Positions 23,501-33,297 of a stretch of 64,000 nucleotides of DNA are shown in pieces. Positions within the stretch are counted from its first letter, which is position 1; each line of letters starts with the position of its first letter. The notes beneath the pieces were generated by a model, which saw nothing but the letters and a program-made list of their open reading frames with translations, was not told the DNA's origin and ran no database searches. The DNA comes from Podarcis tiliguerta. Taxonomy: Eukaryota. The DNA lies in assembly GCA_965153285.1 (NCBI GenBank), contig OZ229115.1; one strand, given 5' to 3'. A program made the position numbers and the translations under genes.

Positions 23501-26041
23501 CTTCTTCTTCTTCTTCAGGCCATTCCTCATTTCTGGATTCTGTTTAGAGAAAGACTCAGCTACACGGGGTGGTTAGAAATAGTTGAAGGCTAAATACTTA
23601 AAACATGACTCATTCATCCTCCCCTTTTCTAAGGAATGTGTGTACATGCAGAGGCAGGTATAATTCAGCAACATTGGCATCAATGTGAGATATTTGCCAA
23701 GTGTGAGGTTTTATCATCTTGGTGAATGTTACATGCTATATGGTTCAGTTCCGTATAGTATGGTGAGCTAGCATGGTAAGGGCAAGTGATCACTACAAGG
23801 TTTGTTTCTGGGACTAGAGAACTCTATTATACTAGATTAGTTCATGATGTACTAGCATCTCTTAAAGTTAATGTAGCTAGTGTATTTATGCTTGTCTTGT
23901 GCCATGAGACAATAGACACTACATACTTTGAACTGAACTGAAATGGATAGGGGAACTGTGAAAAAGACTGACTACTAAAAAGCAGGAAAACTCTGATGTT
24001 GTGCTAGAAGACTCTGCTGGAGCTGTGCATACTCTGCTGATGACACTGGTCATAGTGTGTTGTAGTATTATCAACAGATGGTGGACCCAGGTATAACAGG
24101 TTATGGGCCAACTGACTTCTATAAGTCTTACATATGTGAGAGAGAAGAGAGAGCCTGGAATATGGTCTAAGGACACATTATGCGGTCTATTGTTAAAGCT
24201 ATGCAAGTCTTAGTCTGGTCAGTGTGCAGATGAGAGATTGCCTGGAACTCCCATGCCAGATATTTAAAGGAGTGCAGAATAAAAGTGGCCTTTTCCACTT
24301 CAAGTCACTAGAATTGATGATCTAGAACAAATCTATGAGCCATCTAATCCAGAATCTTTATTTATTCTGACCAGGGCTGATTTACTTCCATTTATAAGGA
24401 GTGTCCTATTAGCATTTCTGACTCCTTTCAAATATTTCTGATCCCTTTTAAAATTCAATTGGCAAATGTCAAATTACATAATTTAACCAAGCTTTATTAG
24501 TTATAACTGGATCTACTAGATGGTTAATTCCTGCTGCTAATATCTTTTTGCCCTTTCCTTCCAGTATTTTAGTCCCCCTAAGTTATAAGAAGAACTTTGG
24601 GCATTCTTATTTTCCTGATCACATAACACACTTTTTAATATATTACCCACCCTGTCTGATCTTTCCCCCTACATCAATCTGTTGCTGTACTCTGCCTTAT
24701 TTTCTGCTTCTGCAGTTGAAACGCCTTACCTTCTATTAATTATGCAATTACACACCCTTCTCTTGCATAATTAGTCTTCTTGGTTTGTTTCTGTAGTCAG
24801 TAAATCTTTAGGGGGCAGCGATAGAGTTATAATAAGAGCATATTACTCTAGAGCTGTCTGCTATTTTGATTTCTATACCAGTTCTGTGTAAGGACAAAAT
24901 GCCAACTTATTGTTTTTTCTCATTAGTGCTTGCACATCTGCGTCTCTGGAACCATCATATGTGTTGCGTGCAATTGGAACTGATGAAGACTTGGCTCACT
25001 CATCCATAAGGCAAGGCTTATAGTTCTAAATTAAGCATAGGCAAACTCGGTCCTCCAGATGTTTTGGGACTACAACTCCCATCATCACTGACCACTGGCC
25101 CTGTTAGCTAGGGATGATGGGAGTTGTAGTCTGAAAACATCTGGAGGGCCAACTTTGCCTATGCCGGTTCTAGACAGTCACATTCAATTATACTACATCC
25201 ATCAAGAGAAGAATCCCTTTTTATCTTTTTATGTGTGCTATGTTGCATCTGATAAGCTCTTTGCTTTAATTTCAGGTTTGGCATTGGCCGTTTCACTACT
25301 GAAGAAGAGGTAGATTATACCGTGAAAAAATGCATACAGCATGTGAAGAGATTAAGGGAGATGAGGTAAAAAAATATAAATCTGAATATTAGACATTAAC
25401 CATCACAGGATTTCTTTAAAAGTCTGTCTGTGGTAAGGAAATACTGCCAGAAGTCACGGAATCTCAGTGGTTAGAGCAGATCAAGATAGGGGAAGAAATA
25501 TACTATTTGTTATCTCTGTAGCTGTGGTCCAGCCAGATATTTACAGCAAACTGGCACAATCCTTATAAAGCCCAAATATGCATGCAATCCCATTATTTAA
25601 GTCACAGAATCAGGTGGGTCCTAATATATATATTTCTCAGGTGTCAAAGGCCAGGGTAAATACACATTTAGAGGGGTGGAAATTCATATATAAATCTCTT
25701 TATTTCCATTGCTAGTGTCTCAATATACTGTAATACCCATCGTGGGTTCAGGCATTCAACCTTGGTGAAATTTTGCCATAACAAAACATCTTAATTGGGT
25801 ATTTCGGAAGATAGGAGGCATTCTTAGACATAATTACTTTATGTAGTTAGAAAGTGTTCTTTGTGGAACTTCATTTAAAATAATATTTTGTTCTTATTAA
25901 TTATTTCCTGAAAGTTCTATTGATGTCAAATTATTTGTATTTCTGACTGTCATTGAATTTTCCTTCTCATTTCACAGCCCACTGTGGGAAATGGTACAGG
26001 ATGGAGTTGATTTGAAGAGCATTAAATGGACACAACATTAA
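11606..26041 (+). CDS. NFS1: Mitochondrial cysteine desulfurase NFS1, 441 aa: join(11606..11696,13101..13168,13709..13825,16595..16678,17941..18093,18526..18619,19271..19405,20835..20992,21991..22096,23081..23162,24927..25010,25276..25365,25978..26041)
   Basis: 13 exons total 1326 nt in one frame; Arg-rich presequence, [29 protein letters not shown]-lysine [15 protein letters not shown], catalytic SSGSACTS, C-terminal IKWTQH*. Confidence 0.97.
12465..12545 (+). mobile_element. MIR/CORE-SINE-like fragment
   Basis: ctgggtgaccttgggccagt CORE motif. Confidence 0.55.
13101..13168 (+). CDS. NFS1: NFS1 exon 2
   Basis: [23 protein letters not shown]; ccctag| ... ATG|gtttgt. Confidence 0.92.
13228..13320. 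repeat. ~85-bp palindromic interspersed repeat (MITE-like); other copies ~17123-17205, 17650-17725, 17733-17817, 29505-29590, 42740-42830
   Basis: Recurring gcaatcctatgca..tactcagaagtaagtccca..g.tcaatgggacttact...gtaagtgtgcatagga. Confidence 0.7.
13709..13825 (+). CDS. NFS1: NFS1 exon 3
   Basis: [39 protein letters not shown]. Confidence 0.96.
14560..15350 (-). mobile_element. Old L2-clade LINE ORF2 fragment (left part; interrupted by CR1)
   Basis: Minus-strand translations [43 protein letters not shown]. Confidence 0.8.
15351..16231 (-). mobile_element. Young 5'-truncated CR1 LINE (ORF2 C-terminal 258 codons open)
   Basis: ORF 15449-16225 [54 protein letters not shown]; 3' tail of (TTCTATGA)-type repeats at 15351-15390. 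Confidence 0.95.
16232..16400 (-). mobile_element. Old L2-clade LINE fragment (right part)
   Basis: Minus strand resembles the RT motif QAFLE..YLNPLQSGFR upstream of the LLLLLDL motif found left of the CR1. Confidence 0.6.
16595..16678 (+). CDS. NFS1: NFS1 exon 4
   Basis: [28 protein letters not shown]. Confidence 0.96.
17941..18093 (+). CDS. NFS1: NFS1 exon 5
   Basis: [51 protein letters not shown]. Confidence 0.96.
18526..18619 (+). CDS. NFS1: NFS1 exon 6
   Basis: [31 protein letters not shown]. Confidence 0.96.
19271..19405 (+). CDS. NFS1: NFS1 exon 7 (PLP-binding Lys)
   Basis: [45 protein letters not shown]. Confidence 0.97.
19546..19683. mobile_element. Palindromic hAT (Charlie/MER5-like) MITE
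   Basis: CAGGG...CCCTG ends; flanks ccttagta/caatagta resemble an 8-bp TSD. Confidence 0.8.
19786..20033 (+). mobile_element. Squamate tRNA-derived SINE (Squam3-like)
   Basis: A box TGGTGTAGTGGTTAAG, B-like GGTTCACTTCCC, CORE-like ctgggtgacc.tgggc, L2-type end and (CTT) tail. Confidence 0.85.
20447..20686. mobile_element. ~240-bp palindromic MITE-like repeat; related copies ~2430-2600, 3030-3190, 21580-21770, 42525-42660
   Basis: Internal symmetry with a central 25-bp hairpin; shared terminal ggaatcc/ggatcc-like motifs among copies. Confidence 0.6.
20835..20992 (+). CDS. NFS1: NFS1 exon 8
   Basis: [53 protein letters not shown]. Confidence 0.97.
21991..22096 (+). CDS. NFS1: NFS1 exon 9
   Basis: [35 protein letters not shown]. 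Confidence 0.95.
22908..23015 (+). mobile_element. Truncated tRNA-SINE with CR1-type tail
   Basis: gagttcaacccc B box, then ttcctgcattgcagggggttggactagatgacc and attctatgattct. Confidence 0.7.
23081..23162 (+). CDS. NFS1: NFS1 exon 10
   Basis: [27 protein letters not shown]. Confidence 0.96.
23228..23516 (+). mobile_element. Squam3-like SINE with expanded (TTC)n tail (23471-23516)
   Basis: Close copy of 19786-20033. Confidence 0.87.
24927..25010 (+). CDS. NFS1: NFS1 exon 11 (catalytic Cys codon 24931-24933; GC donor)
   Basis: [29 protein letters not shown]; ends ATAAG|gcaagg. Confidence 0.95.
25032..25167. mobile_element. Palindromic hAT (Charlie-like) MITE inside NFS1 intron 11
   Basis: ~55-bp inverted arms; flanks ttctaaat/ttctagac fit the NTCTAGAN Charlie target. 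Confidence 0.85.
25276..25365 (+). CDS. NFS1: NFS1 exon 12
   Basis: [29 protein letters not shown]. Confidence 0.96.
25978..26041 (+). CDS. NFS1: NFS1 exon 13 coding part, stop TAA 26039-26041
   Basis: [21 protein letters not shown]. Confidence 0.96.
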
Positions 26042-26357
26042 GCAAGGAAATCACTTGTTATCTTGGACTGCTTGGATATAGATTAAAGTAATATTTTCTC
26101 TACATTCCTGAGTAAAACCATGTTGTGCTTGTTTTAAAAATACAAAATATTTGGGTAATCAGTTACGCTTTCTAAATCTAGAGCCTGCAGACTAAATCTA
26201 AGGCAATGTTTGTTCAGGTAAATAACTGTGCTTACAAATCATCAAATACGAATGGACATTCGTCTCCTGGAACCAAAGAAGTTGCAGTACTTTTATTTTG
26301 GAGGTGACATTGGTGCAGCTTGATATGCCAAATCCTCAACTGTCTTATTGTAAAAAT

Positions 26358-26363
26358 AATAAA
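26358..26363 (+). terminator. NFS1: Candidate NFS1 poly(A) signal AATAAA (alternatives: ATTAAA 26082-26087, AATAAA 27055-27060 and 27087-27092)
   Basis: Hexamers downstream of the stop; which is used cannot be told from sequence. Confidence 0.4.
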
Positions 26364-27819
26364 AAAGTAGTTTGTTTCTACTGTAGGTTCTCCCTAGAAT
26401 AATTTGCATCTGTTTCAGCAACATCTGTCGTATTGCAAAACTTGTGTTCAAACAGACAGTATGGTCAGAAGTAATCGTCTTACAGAAGGCAGTCTTCCAT
26501 CTAAAAAGTCCATGTTTTATATTTGAGCAATGGCATTTGCTACATAGCAATGAATTCAACTGTGCCTAAGGTTTACTAGCTCCCAAATGCAGATCACATT
26601 CACTTTTTCACAAATTCACCTTTTCCTTACCCTTTACCCTTGATTTGTTATCACAATTTTTTTCTCCTGCTTTCCAGAATAATTTTTTCTGAGCTATTTA
26701 TTGATTTATTTTTGAGTGACGAGGGAAGATTTCAATGTAATGTTTTTCCTGTAGAGCAACATATTTTAGTTTTTGCTGATAAGAAGCTATGGTCTTGAGA
26801 ATGAGATTGTGTCTGTCTAGAAATATCCCAGTTATAGAAATATCCCAGGTTGATCATCACTTAAAAAAATAAAACAATGTCATTGCCTTTCACTTCAGGG
26901 TGCCTGACAGTGCTAGATTAAGTTAAACTGGTGAGGCTAGTATTTTTGGTACCTCATTTGTACCGGATTTTTTTTTTACTGGTATTACTTTTTCTAGTAG
27001 TAGAAAGAAAACATCTATTTAAGGGAAGTTTTTGGTTTTTTTACTGCTTTCTGAAATAAATGCAGGAAGGAAATTTAACTGTCTATAATAAATGAACACT
27101 TGTCTTATGCAGCTTTGTGTGCACACCATTTTGAAGGAAATGGCTGCAGACCCTAGGCAATGGACTGTTAGCACTCAATCAATGAAGTATCACTTGCCTT
27201 AACTACGAGTCCTATACACACAACGCATATACTCCCATTGAAATTGTATCAGCTTCCTTGAGATAATGTTTATTGCAAACCTGTTCTGTTCTGCTTCATG
27301 TAGGAGAGTTCTTAATTTGCAAAATCGTTACAGAAGTTTTGAAAAGCATGGTTTAAAACGGAAGAAGCATTGATACTGCAATGATGACAGTTTTATTACC
27401 ATATCACAAAATTAAATTTAATTTTGTGGGCAAGCCATTAATTCCCTGCCGCCGCCCCCCTCCAGGTAATTTTTTAAAAAAAATAGCTTTGGAACACTTC
27501 TTACACTGTACACTGTTTCTTACACTGTACACATAGACTTTTTCAGACATTTATTTTTGTTGTTTTAGAGGAATTCTGTGCAATATAAGTACAGTGAAAG
27601 AGAAAGGGCATATTACAGGCAGACAGAGAAAAGATAATGTGTTAAAAACAAAATACTGAGTTAAAATTGGCACAAAAATGCTTTTCTATGTTTAAGTTAG
27701 TAATGTGGCACTCATCTATTAATAAAGAGATAAAAGCAGCTTTTACTTGTTTGAGTTGTGAATTCTTGTTCATTGGGATGGAAAATATATACACTGATTT
27801 ACTGAGCAAGTAGTTCTCA

Positions 27820-28040
27820 TAAGCATATATGAGCATATATGAGGAATTTTTGTCTGAATGTGCATCACTTTGCACTTGCGTATATTGCAATATATTTGCT
27901 ATTGTGCAGAGTTTGGGGAGATCCTTTTTGAAGATCCTCTCAATTTGTTCTTGCCACTTTGAATAATGTGGTAATGTATTATCAGCAAACATGGCCTCCT
28001 CACTGCTCACCCCTAATTCCAGGACATTCATGAACAGGCA
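27820..28040 (-). mobile_element. Degenerate CR1 RT fragment
   Basis: LFMNVLELGVSSEEAMFADNT resembles CR1 LFINDL...KFADDTKL. Confidence 0.65.
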
Positions 28041-28263
28041 TCAATCTAGTTCCATGATTTCAGAAATTAACCATCAATAAATAAAAATATTGCTGACTTT
28101 GAGATTTGAGGGTGCTCTTCAACAGTTTTAGATAATTGGACAGAAGAGAAAGGTGGATCATTGAGGTCCAACATACTTACAACATTATACAATGCACTCA
28201 TATACTGTAGCCTGGAAGTTGTAAAAATATGAATGAAATCTAGCAGATCTGTTGTGTAGTCCT

Positions 28264-29072
28264 ATTAAGATTGCCGGAAGAAATATTGACAACCTCAGAT
28301 ATGCAGATGACACAACTTTGATGGCAGAAAGTGAGGAGGAATTAAAGAACCTTATAATGAGGGTGAAAGAGGAGAGGGAAAAATATGGTCTGAATCTCAA
28401 CATCAAAAAAACTAAAATCATGGCCATTGGTCCCATCACCTCCTGGCAAACAGAAGGGGAAGAAATGGAAGCAGTGACAGATTTTACCTTCTTGAGCTCC
28501 ATGATCAATGCAGATGGTGACAGCAGCCACGAAATTAAAAGACCCCTGCTTCTTGGGAGAAAAGCAATGAGAAACCTAGACAGCATCTTAAAAAGCAGAG
28601 GCATTACCTTGCCGACAAAGATCTATATAGTGAAAGCTATGGTTTTCCCAGTAGTGATGTATGGAAGTGAGAGCTGCACAACAAAGGCTGATTGCCGGAG
28701 AATTGATGCTTTTGAATTGTGCTGGAGGAGACTCTTGAGAGTCCCATGGACTGCAAAAAGATCAAACCTATCCATTCTGAAGCAAATCAGCCCTGAGTGC
28801 TCACTGGAAGGACAGATTGTGAAGCTGAGGCTCCAATACTTTGGCCACCTCATGAGAAGAGAAGACTCTCTGGAAAAAACTCTGATGTTGGGTAAGATGG
28901 AGGGCACAAGGAGAAGGGGACGACAGAGGACAAGATGGTTGGACAGTGTTATAGAAGCTACAAACATGAATTTGACAAAACTCGGGGAGGCAGTGGAAGA
29001 CAGGAGTGCTTGGCGTGCTCTGGTCCATGGGGTCATGAAGAGTCGGACATGACTAATCAATTAAACAACAAC
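28264..29072 (+). mobile_element. 5'-truncated RTE-BovB LINE
   Basis: IKIAGRNIDNLRYADDTTLMAESEEELK..LLLGRKAM.NLDSILKSR..YFGHLMRREDSLEKTLMLGK..VHGVMKSRT; (CAA)n tail; 13-bp TSD 28258-28270 / 29073-29085. Confidence 0.95.
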
Positions 29073-29779
29073 AGTCCTATCAAGAGGTACCTAGTGGAAA
29101 ACACTGCTGCCCATTGCTACTACTAATATGAACTTTGAACAAAGGTACATTGAAAAACAGCAAGCGATCCACCCAGGCAACCTGGAAATGTTGCACTCAT
29201 CAGTTAAATATAGTTTATAACTATATTTTAGTTAAACATGCATAGAAAAGAATTGTTCCATAATCCACCACCGTTCTTCTTAGGAAAAGAAAAGGCAACT
29301 AAACTCTCCCCTTATGGCAACACAGATGCAGTGATTTACAGGCGATAACACGGGGGAAAGGACTATCTTGGTAAACAGAAATGTCGGGTTAGCAGAAACG
29401 TATGACCCAGCTGCTCTTGCGAGGCTAACTTCTACCATGAGCAGAAGATAAACAGAAGCAGGAAGAGAAATGACTGACATTAGCACCCTCCTTGCAGCTA
29501 TGAATGGGGCTGCGATTCTGAACACCATTGTGAGTAACCCCTGTGAAGCTCAGCGGAACTTACTGCCGGGTAAGCATGCACGGGACTGCTTTTTCTCTGT
29601 TTTTATGTTGTATATATTTGGGTTTGATCACATGGAAATGTGACAGAAGTATTGGCACCTATTGTATTTCATGGCAGGTCGGTCCTAATGTTTACAAAAC
29701 TTTCCCCACCCCACCCCCTTTCGGCTACTGCTGATTACGTTTCTGTTGTCTTTGGCGGAGTGGCTTTGACCACCTGAGA

Positions 29780-30790
29780 GCTTTCGCCGCACCAAATGTG
29801 CGAAGACTGCGAAGGTACCACAGGAGGCCACGTCGAAGGTGCGCCCGCGCTTTTCCCTCACCAGGGAAGATCCCCCTCGCTCCCTCCGCTTGCCTTCGCC
29901 ACACACGCTCTCGCGGCGCCGCCTATCGCAGGCCACACCCTCCTCTCCTAGCCGCAGACGGCCCGGAGGCGGTGCAGGCGGGCGGCCATTTTGTGGCGCT
30001 GCTCGGTCGCTGGCGCTGGGGCTCAGCGCGGGGAGCGGGGCCTGAGTGGCGAGTTAGTTTCCTTTCTAACCCACTTTTTTCCCGTACAGGCCCCTCGGTA
30101 AGAACTTAGCACTTCCCTGGCGGCGCCTCCGGCTCGCCGGGGAATAATAATAGGTGGGGAAAGCCTGGCTTGTCCGGCTCGGCTGCGAGGGGGAGCGTGT
30201 TCCCCTCCCACCTCAGCTTGCACAAAGGGCGGGAGGGCGGGAACGAGGCCTGAAGGGAGCGGGGGGTGAGGGCCGCGCTCCGGAGCCTCGTTGGCTCCTC
30301 AAGGCCTTGGCCTGTAACTCTCGCGTGGGGTCTGTAGGTTGGACAGGCATTTAGCCTCGCTAAGGCATTTTGGGCCTGGTGCGCAGGGTTGCTTGGCTGC
30401 GCCTGAGCGACGGTGCTGGTTCGGGGTAGTGGAAGAGCCGCCTATGCGCCCCGTGGGTTTGTGACCCCCGTTTCTTTTGGGGGTAGGTGAGTATCGGCGG
30501 CTCCCTTCATAAGTGGCCTGACTAAGCCGGGCTTCCTTGGGAGCATCCCCGGGGCCGGGTCTTAGGGCGGTGCAGGCGCTCCCATTGTAGGGGATGACGG
30601 GGGCGAATGGAAGCGAACTCGGTAGTGTAAAACAAAATGGCCTGAGGTGCGGGGATTTTTTCCCCCTTATTTTTTTTGCATCGACCAAAAGCTGCCGCAG
30701 TACGCCGGATTCTCTGGCGTCCAAGTCAAATAAAGACTCGTCCTTGTGCAGATTCGAAGTGGTACTGGACTCAGTGTGAACAACGCCGTG
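29780..30790. promoter_or_regulatory. CpG island / promoter of RBM12 (shared with CPNE1 in other vertebrates)
   Basis: High GC/CpG; YY1-type motifs GCGGCCATTTTG (~29982-29993) and CAAAATGGCC (30633-30642); splice donors at 30097|30098 and 30486|30487. Confidence 0.85.
29985..30097 (+). other. RBM12: Probable non-coding exon 1 of RBM12/CPNE1 (5' end approximate)
   Basis: Donor TCG|GTAAGA at 30097 just downstream of the YY1/initiator-like motif. Confidence 0.55.
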
Positions 30791-33210
30791 ATGAATTTCC
30801 GATAGCTTTCGATTGAGATCTAGCGTCCTGTTTTCACGGTTTTGTTTTGGTGGGGTGGTCTCCAGGTACACACACCACTGGTTGTTATTTTGGTTAACTG
30901 CGCTCTGTGAAATTTCTGGGCCCTTCGTGGTTAACAAAAATTCAAATTCGCGGCATGAAATGATACCTTACATGTGAAACCCGGTGTCGCTGTTTTAAGT
31001 TGGCTAAAAAGGTTTTAAGAAACATTTGGTTCTGGAGGATGACTTCAGAGTTTATGGTTGTTCTTTAGGACTCCTGGGGTGGATCTGTTTCATATCTTCA
31101 CTGACATGGGCGTGCTCATCAGGTTATATAACAAATTCATATGTTATAGAGCGATAAGGATATCATTTGTATACAAAATTAATTTATTGTTCCGAAATTT
31201 GACTTCATGAAAGAGAGCTTCATTGTTTGCTGTATTTTCCTAGTTTCTTTATTTCCTCTGAGGGACATAAATGGAAGGATATTTGCTTTTTAAACAATAG
31301 GGCTGCTGTAAGTAGGTAAAGTAATTGATGATTATTAGCCAAAGATAAAGGAAGGTGATAGGAATTAAATTTGCCAATTGACAATAGAACAGCTAAACTT
31401 ACATATAGGTACAAACTGTTAAGATGCTATAAAAAGGCTTTTCATTTAAAAAAAAGTATTTGTTCTTATATATTTTGATTATTAGGAAATACTGGCTTTA
31501 GTTTTGTCTTGACTTTGAGTCTTCAGTTGTGAATCCCTTTATCCCAGCACACTTTCCCTTCCCCTTCCCCAGCTACTGATAAGCATAGTAATCATACATT
31601 TTTAATACTGTTTGTTTGAAACAAAGCTCCAAGAAAATGCTTGGTGTTGGAAAGTTACTTTGTACTTAGGAATGTTCTGCTTACCTCATGAGTAAAAAAG
31701 AAGCTTATCATAGGTTCTATAGGATTTTGGTGTATATTTCGGAACTCAGGGGCAACATACAAAGAGTATTCATTGGGCACGAAGGAGTCATTAAGACCAG
31801 GGATAAATTAATATGACAGAATATCTCAGCATATCTGGTAGTATGCTTTTTTTGAAAAGGTTTTTGATTTCTGAACATGCTTGCTTGGAATTATGCATGC
31901 GGCATAAACCACAGAAAATAGTTATGAGAAAAACTGAGCATGATGGCAGACCCTTTTGTTGAATAGAAATATGCACTGGGAACTGGTTGGAGAATAATAT
32001 GTTAGCATTTATATTTTGCAGTGAAATGACCATGTGGAACATTATTAAGCTATTTAGAAATGAAAAATGGCGATCTCTCGAATTGTACAAAAAATTGTCA
32101 CCAGGATAATTGAAAGATTTCAGATGCTGAAGTTTGGCTTGTGCTGAATAATTCTCACATGAATTAACATATGTCCTAATCTTGAATTGTAAATAGTTGT
32201 TTATAAGGTCAGGTAGTGAATGAGTTCTTGGGTTTTGCTGTTCAGACAGGTGTTTTACTTCAGATTTTATGCGGGAATTCACACTGTTTAAGTTTTGTGG
32301 TGCTGATGTTGATTTGTTCCTTGAAAGCCTTTGTTTCGATTAATTGTTATTTCTTGTGGTCAGCAAATATACGGTTTTCTTTAAATAAGGCATACTTACA
32401 GATATCACCTGTTCATAGAACTGCCTGTCAAGCCATTCATGAGATGTGTGGAATTCAGTATTCGTTTTTGTTTCCTTTCTTTAAATGGAAAATATTTTCA
32501 GGATCTGCAGATCAGGATTTCCAGATTACATTAGGGTTGTGTGTGTTTAAGTACTAGTGTATATAAACTTGCTGAACGTTGGACACAATGATTGTGAAAT
32601 ACTGTTTGGTCCTGTGCTTTGAGAAGAAGATTGTCCTGTTTGCAATTCATGTTGGATTGTATTTTGATTCTGCAGCTCTAAAATAAGCAAGGTTAAAGAA
32701 ATAGGAGGAAGTGTATTGTAAGGTATTTGCAGTCTGATTTGGCTTCAGCAAATGTGAAATGACTTTGAAAGGATGTTGTGTTTTGGTTTATTTAAAGTAC
32801 TTCTTAATTGGGTGAGAAGTTGTAGCATTAGAAAACTATTCTAGTTTTCTTGATCAGGAAAAATAAACTAGCCCTCTTTATGAAATGAGACAAATCAGCT
32901 ATCCAAAGAGAGAATGCAAAGTTAATTTCTTTAATGAATGTGTTCTGGCTTTTTGTTTGTATTCATTCTCACGTTGAATATTTTTTGTTTTAAAATAAAA
33001 GTAATTGTTGCTATCAAAATGTGTGAAGCTGTGGAAAAGACCAAGGAATGTATATTTCATGCACTCTCAAACTTGTGGTTCCCATGTATTGGAGTGCCTT
33101 ATGATGGACATTGTCCCAGACTGTCATAATACACAGCACATTGTGGACTGCTAACTTTTAGTTATGTGTTGCTTGCATTGATTTTTGCCTCCATTTATTC
33201 TTTATTTCAG

Positions 33211-33297
33211 TCTAAAAGTTGGTTTTAATTGGTTGCCCACAGGATTGCCTTGGCTTCTACTACTTGTTAAGGAAAAAAAACACACCTCTCTTGGCAG
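33211..33297 (+). other. RBM12: Non-coding 5'UTR exon 2 of RBM12/CPNE1 (87 nt)
   Basis: Strong acceptor tttattctttatttcag| and donor CAG|gtaaga; TCTAAAAGTTGGTTTTAATTGGTTGCCCACAGGATTG matches the human RBM12 5'UTR exon as I recall it. Confidence 0.85.

Noticed and set aside
29685-30937. ORFs up to 212 aa around the second CpG island
   Set aside because: GC-rich promoter artefacts with no recognisable domain
31791-32282. 163-aa minus-strand ORF in AT-rich intron
   Set aside because: Non-ATG start, no recognisable homology or splice context
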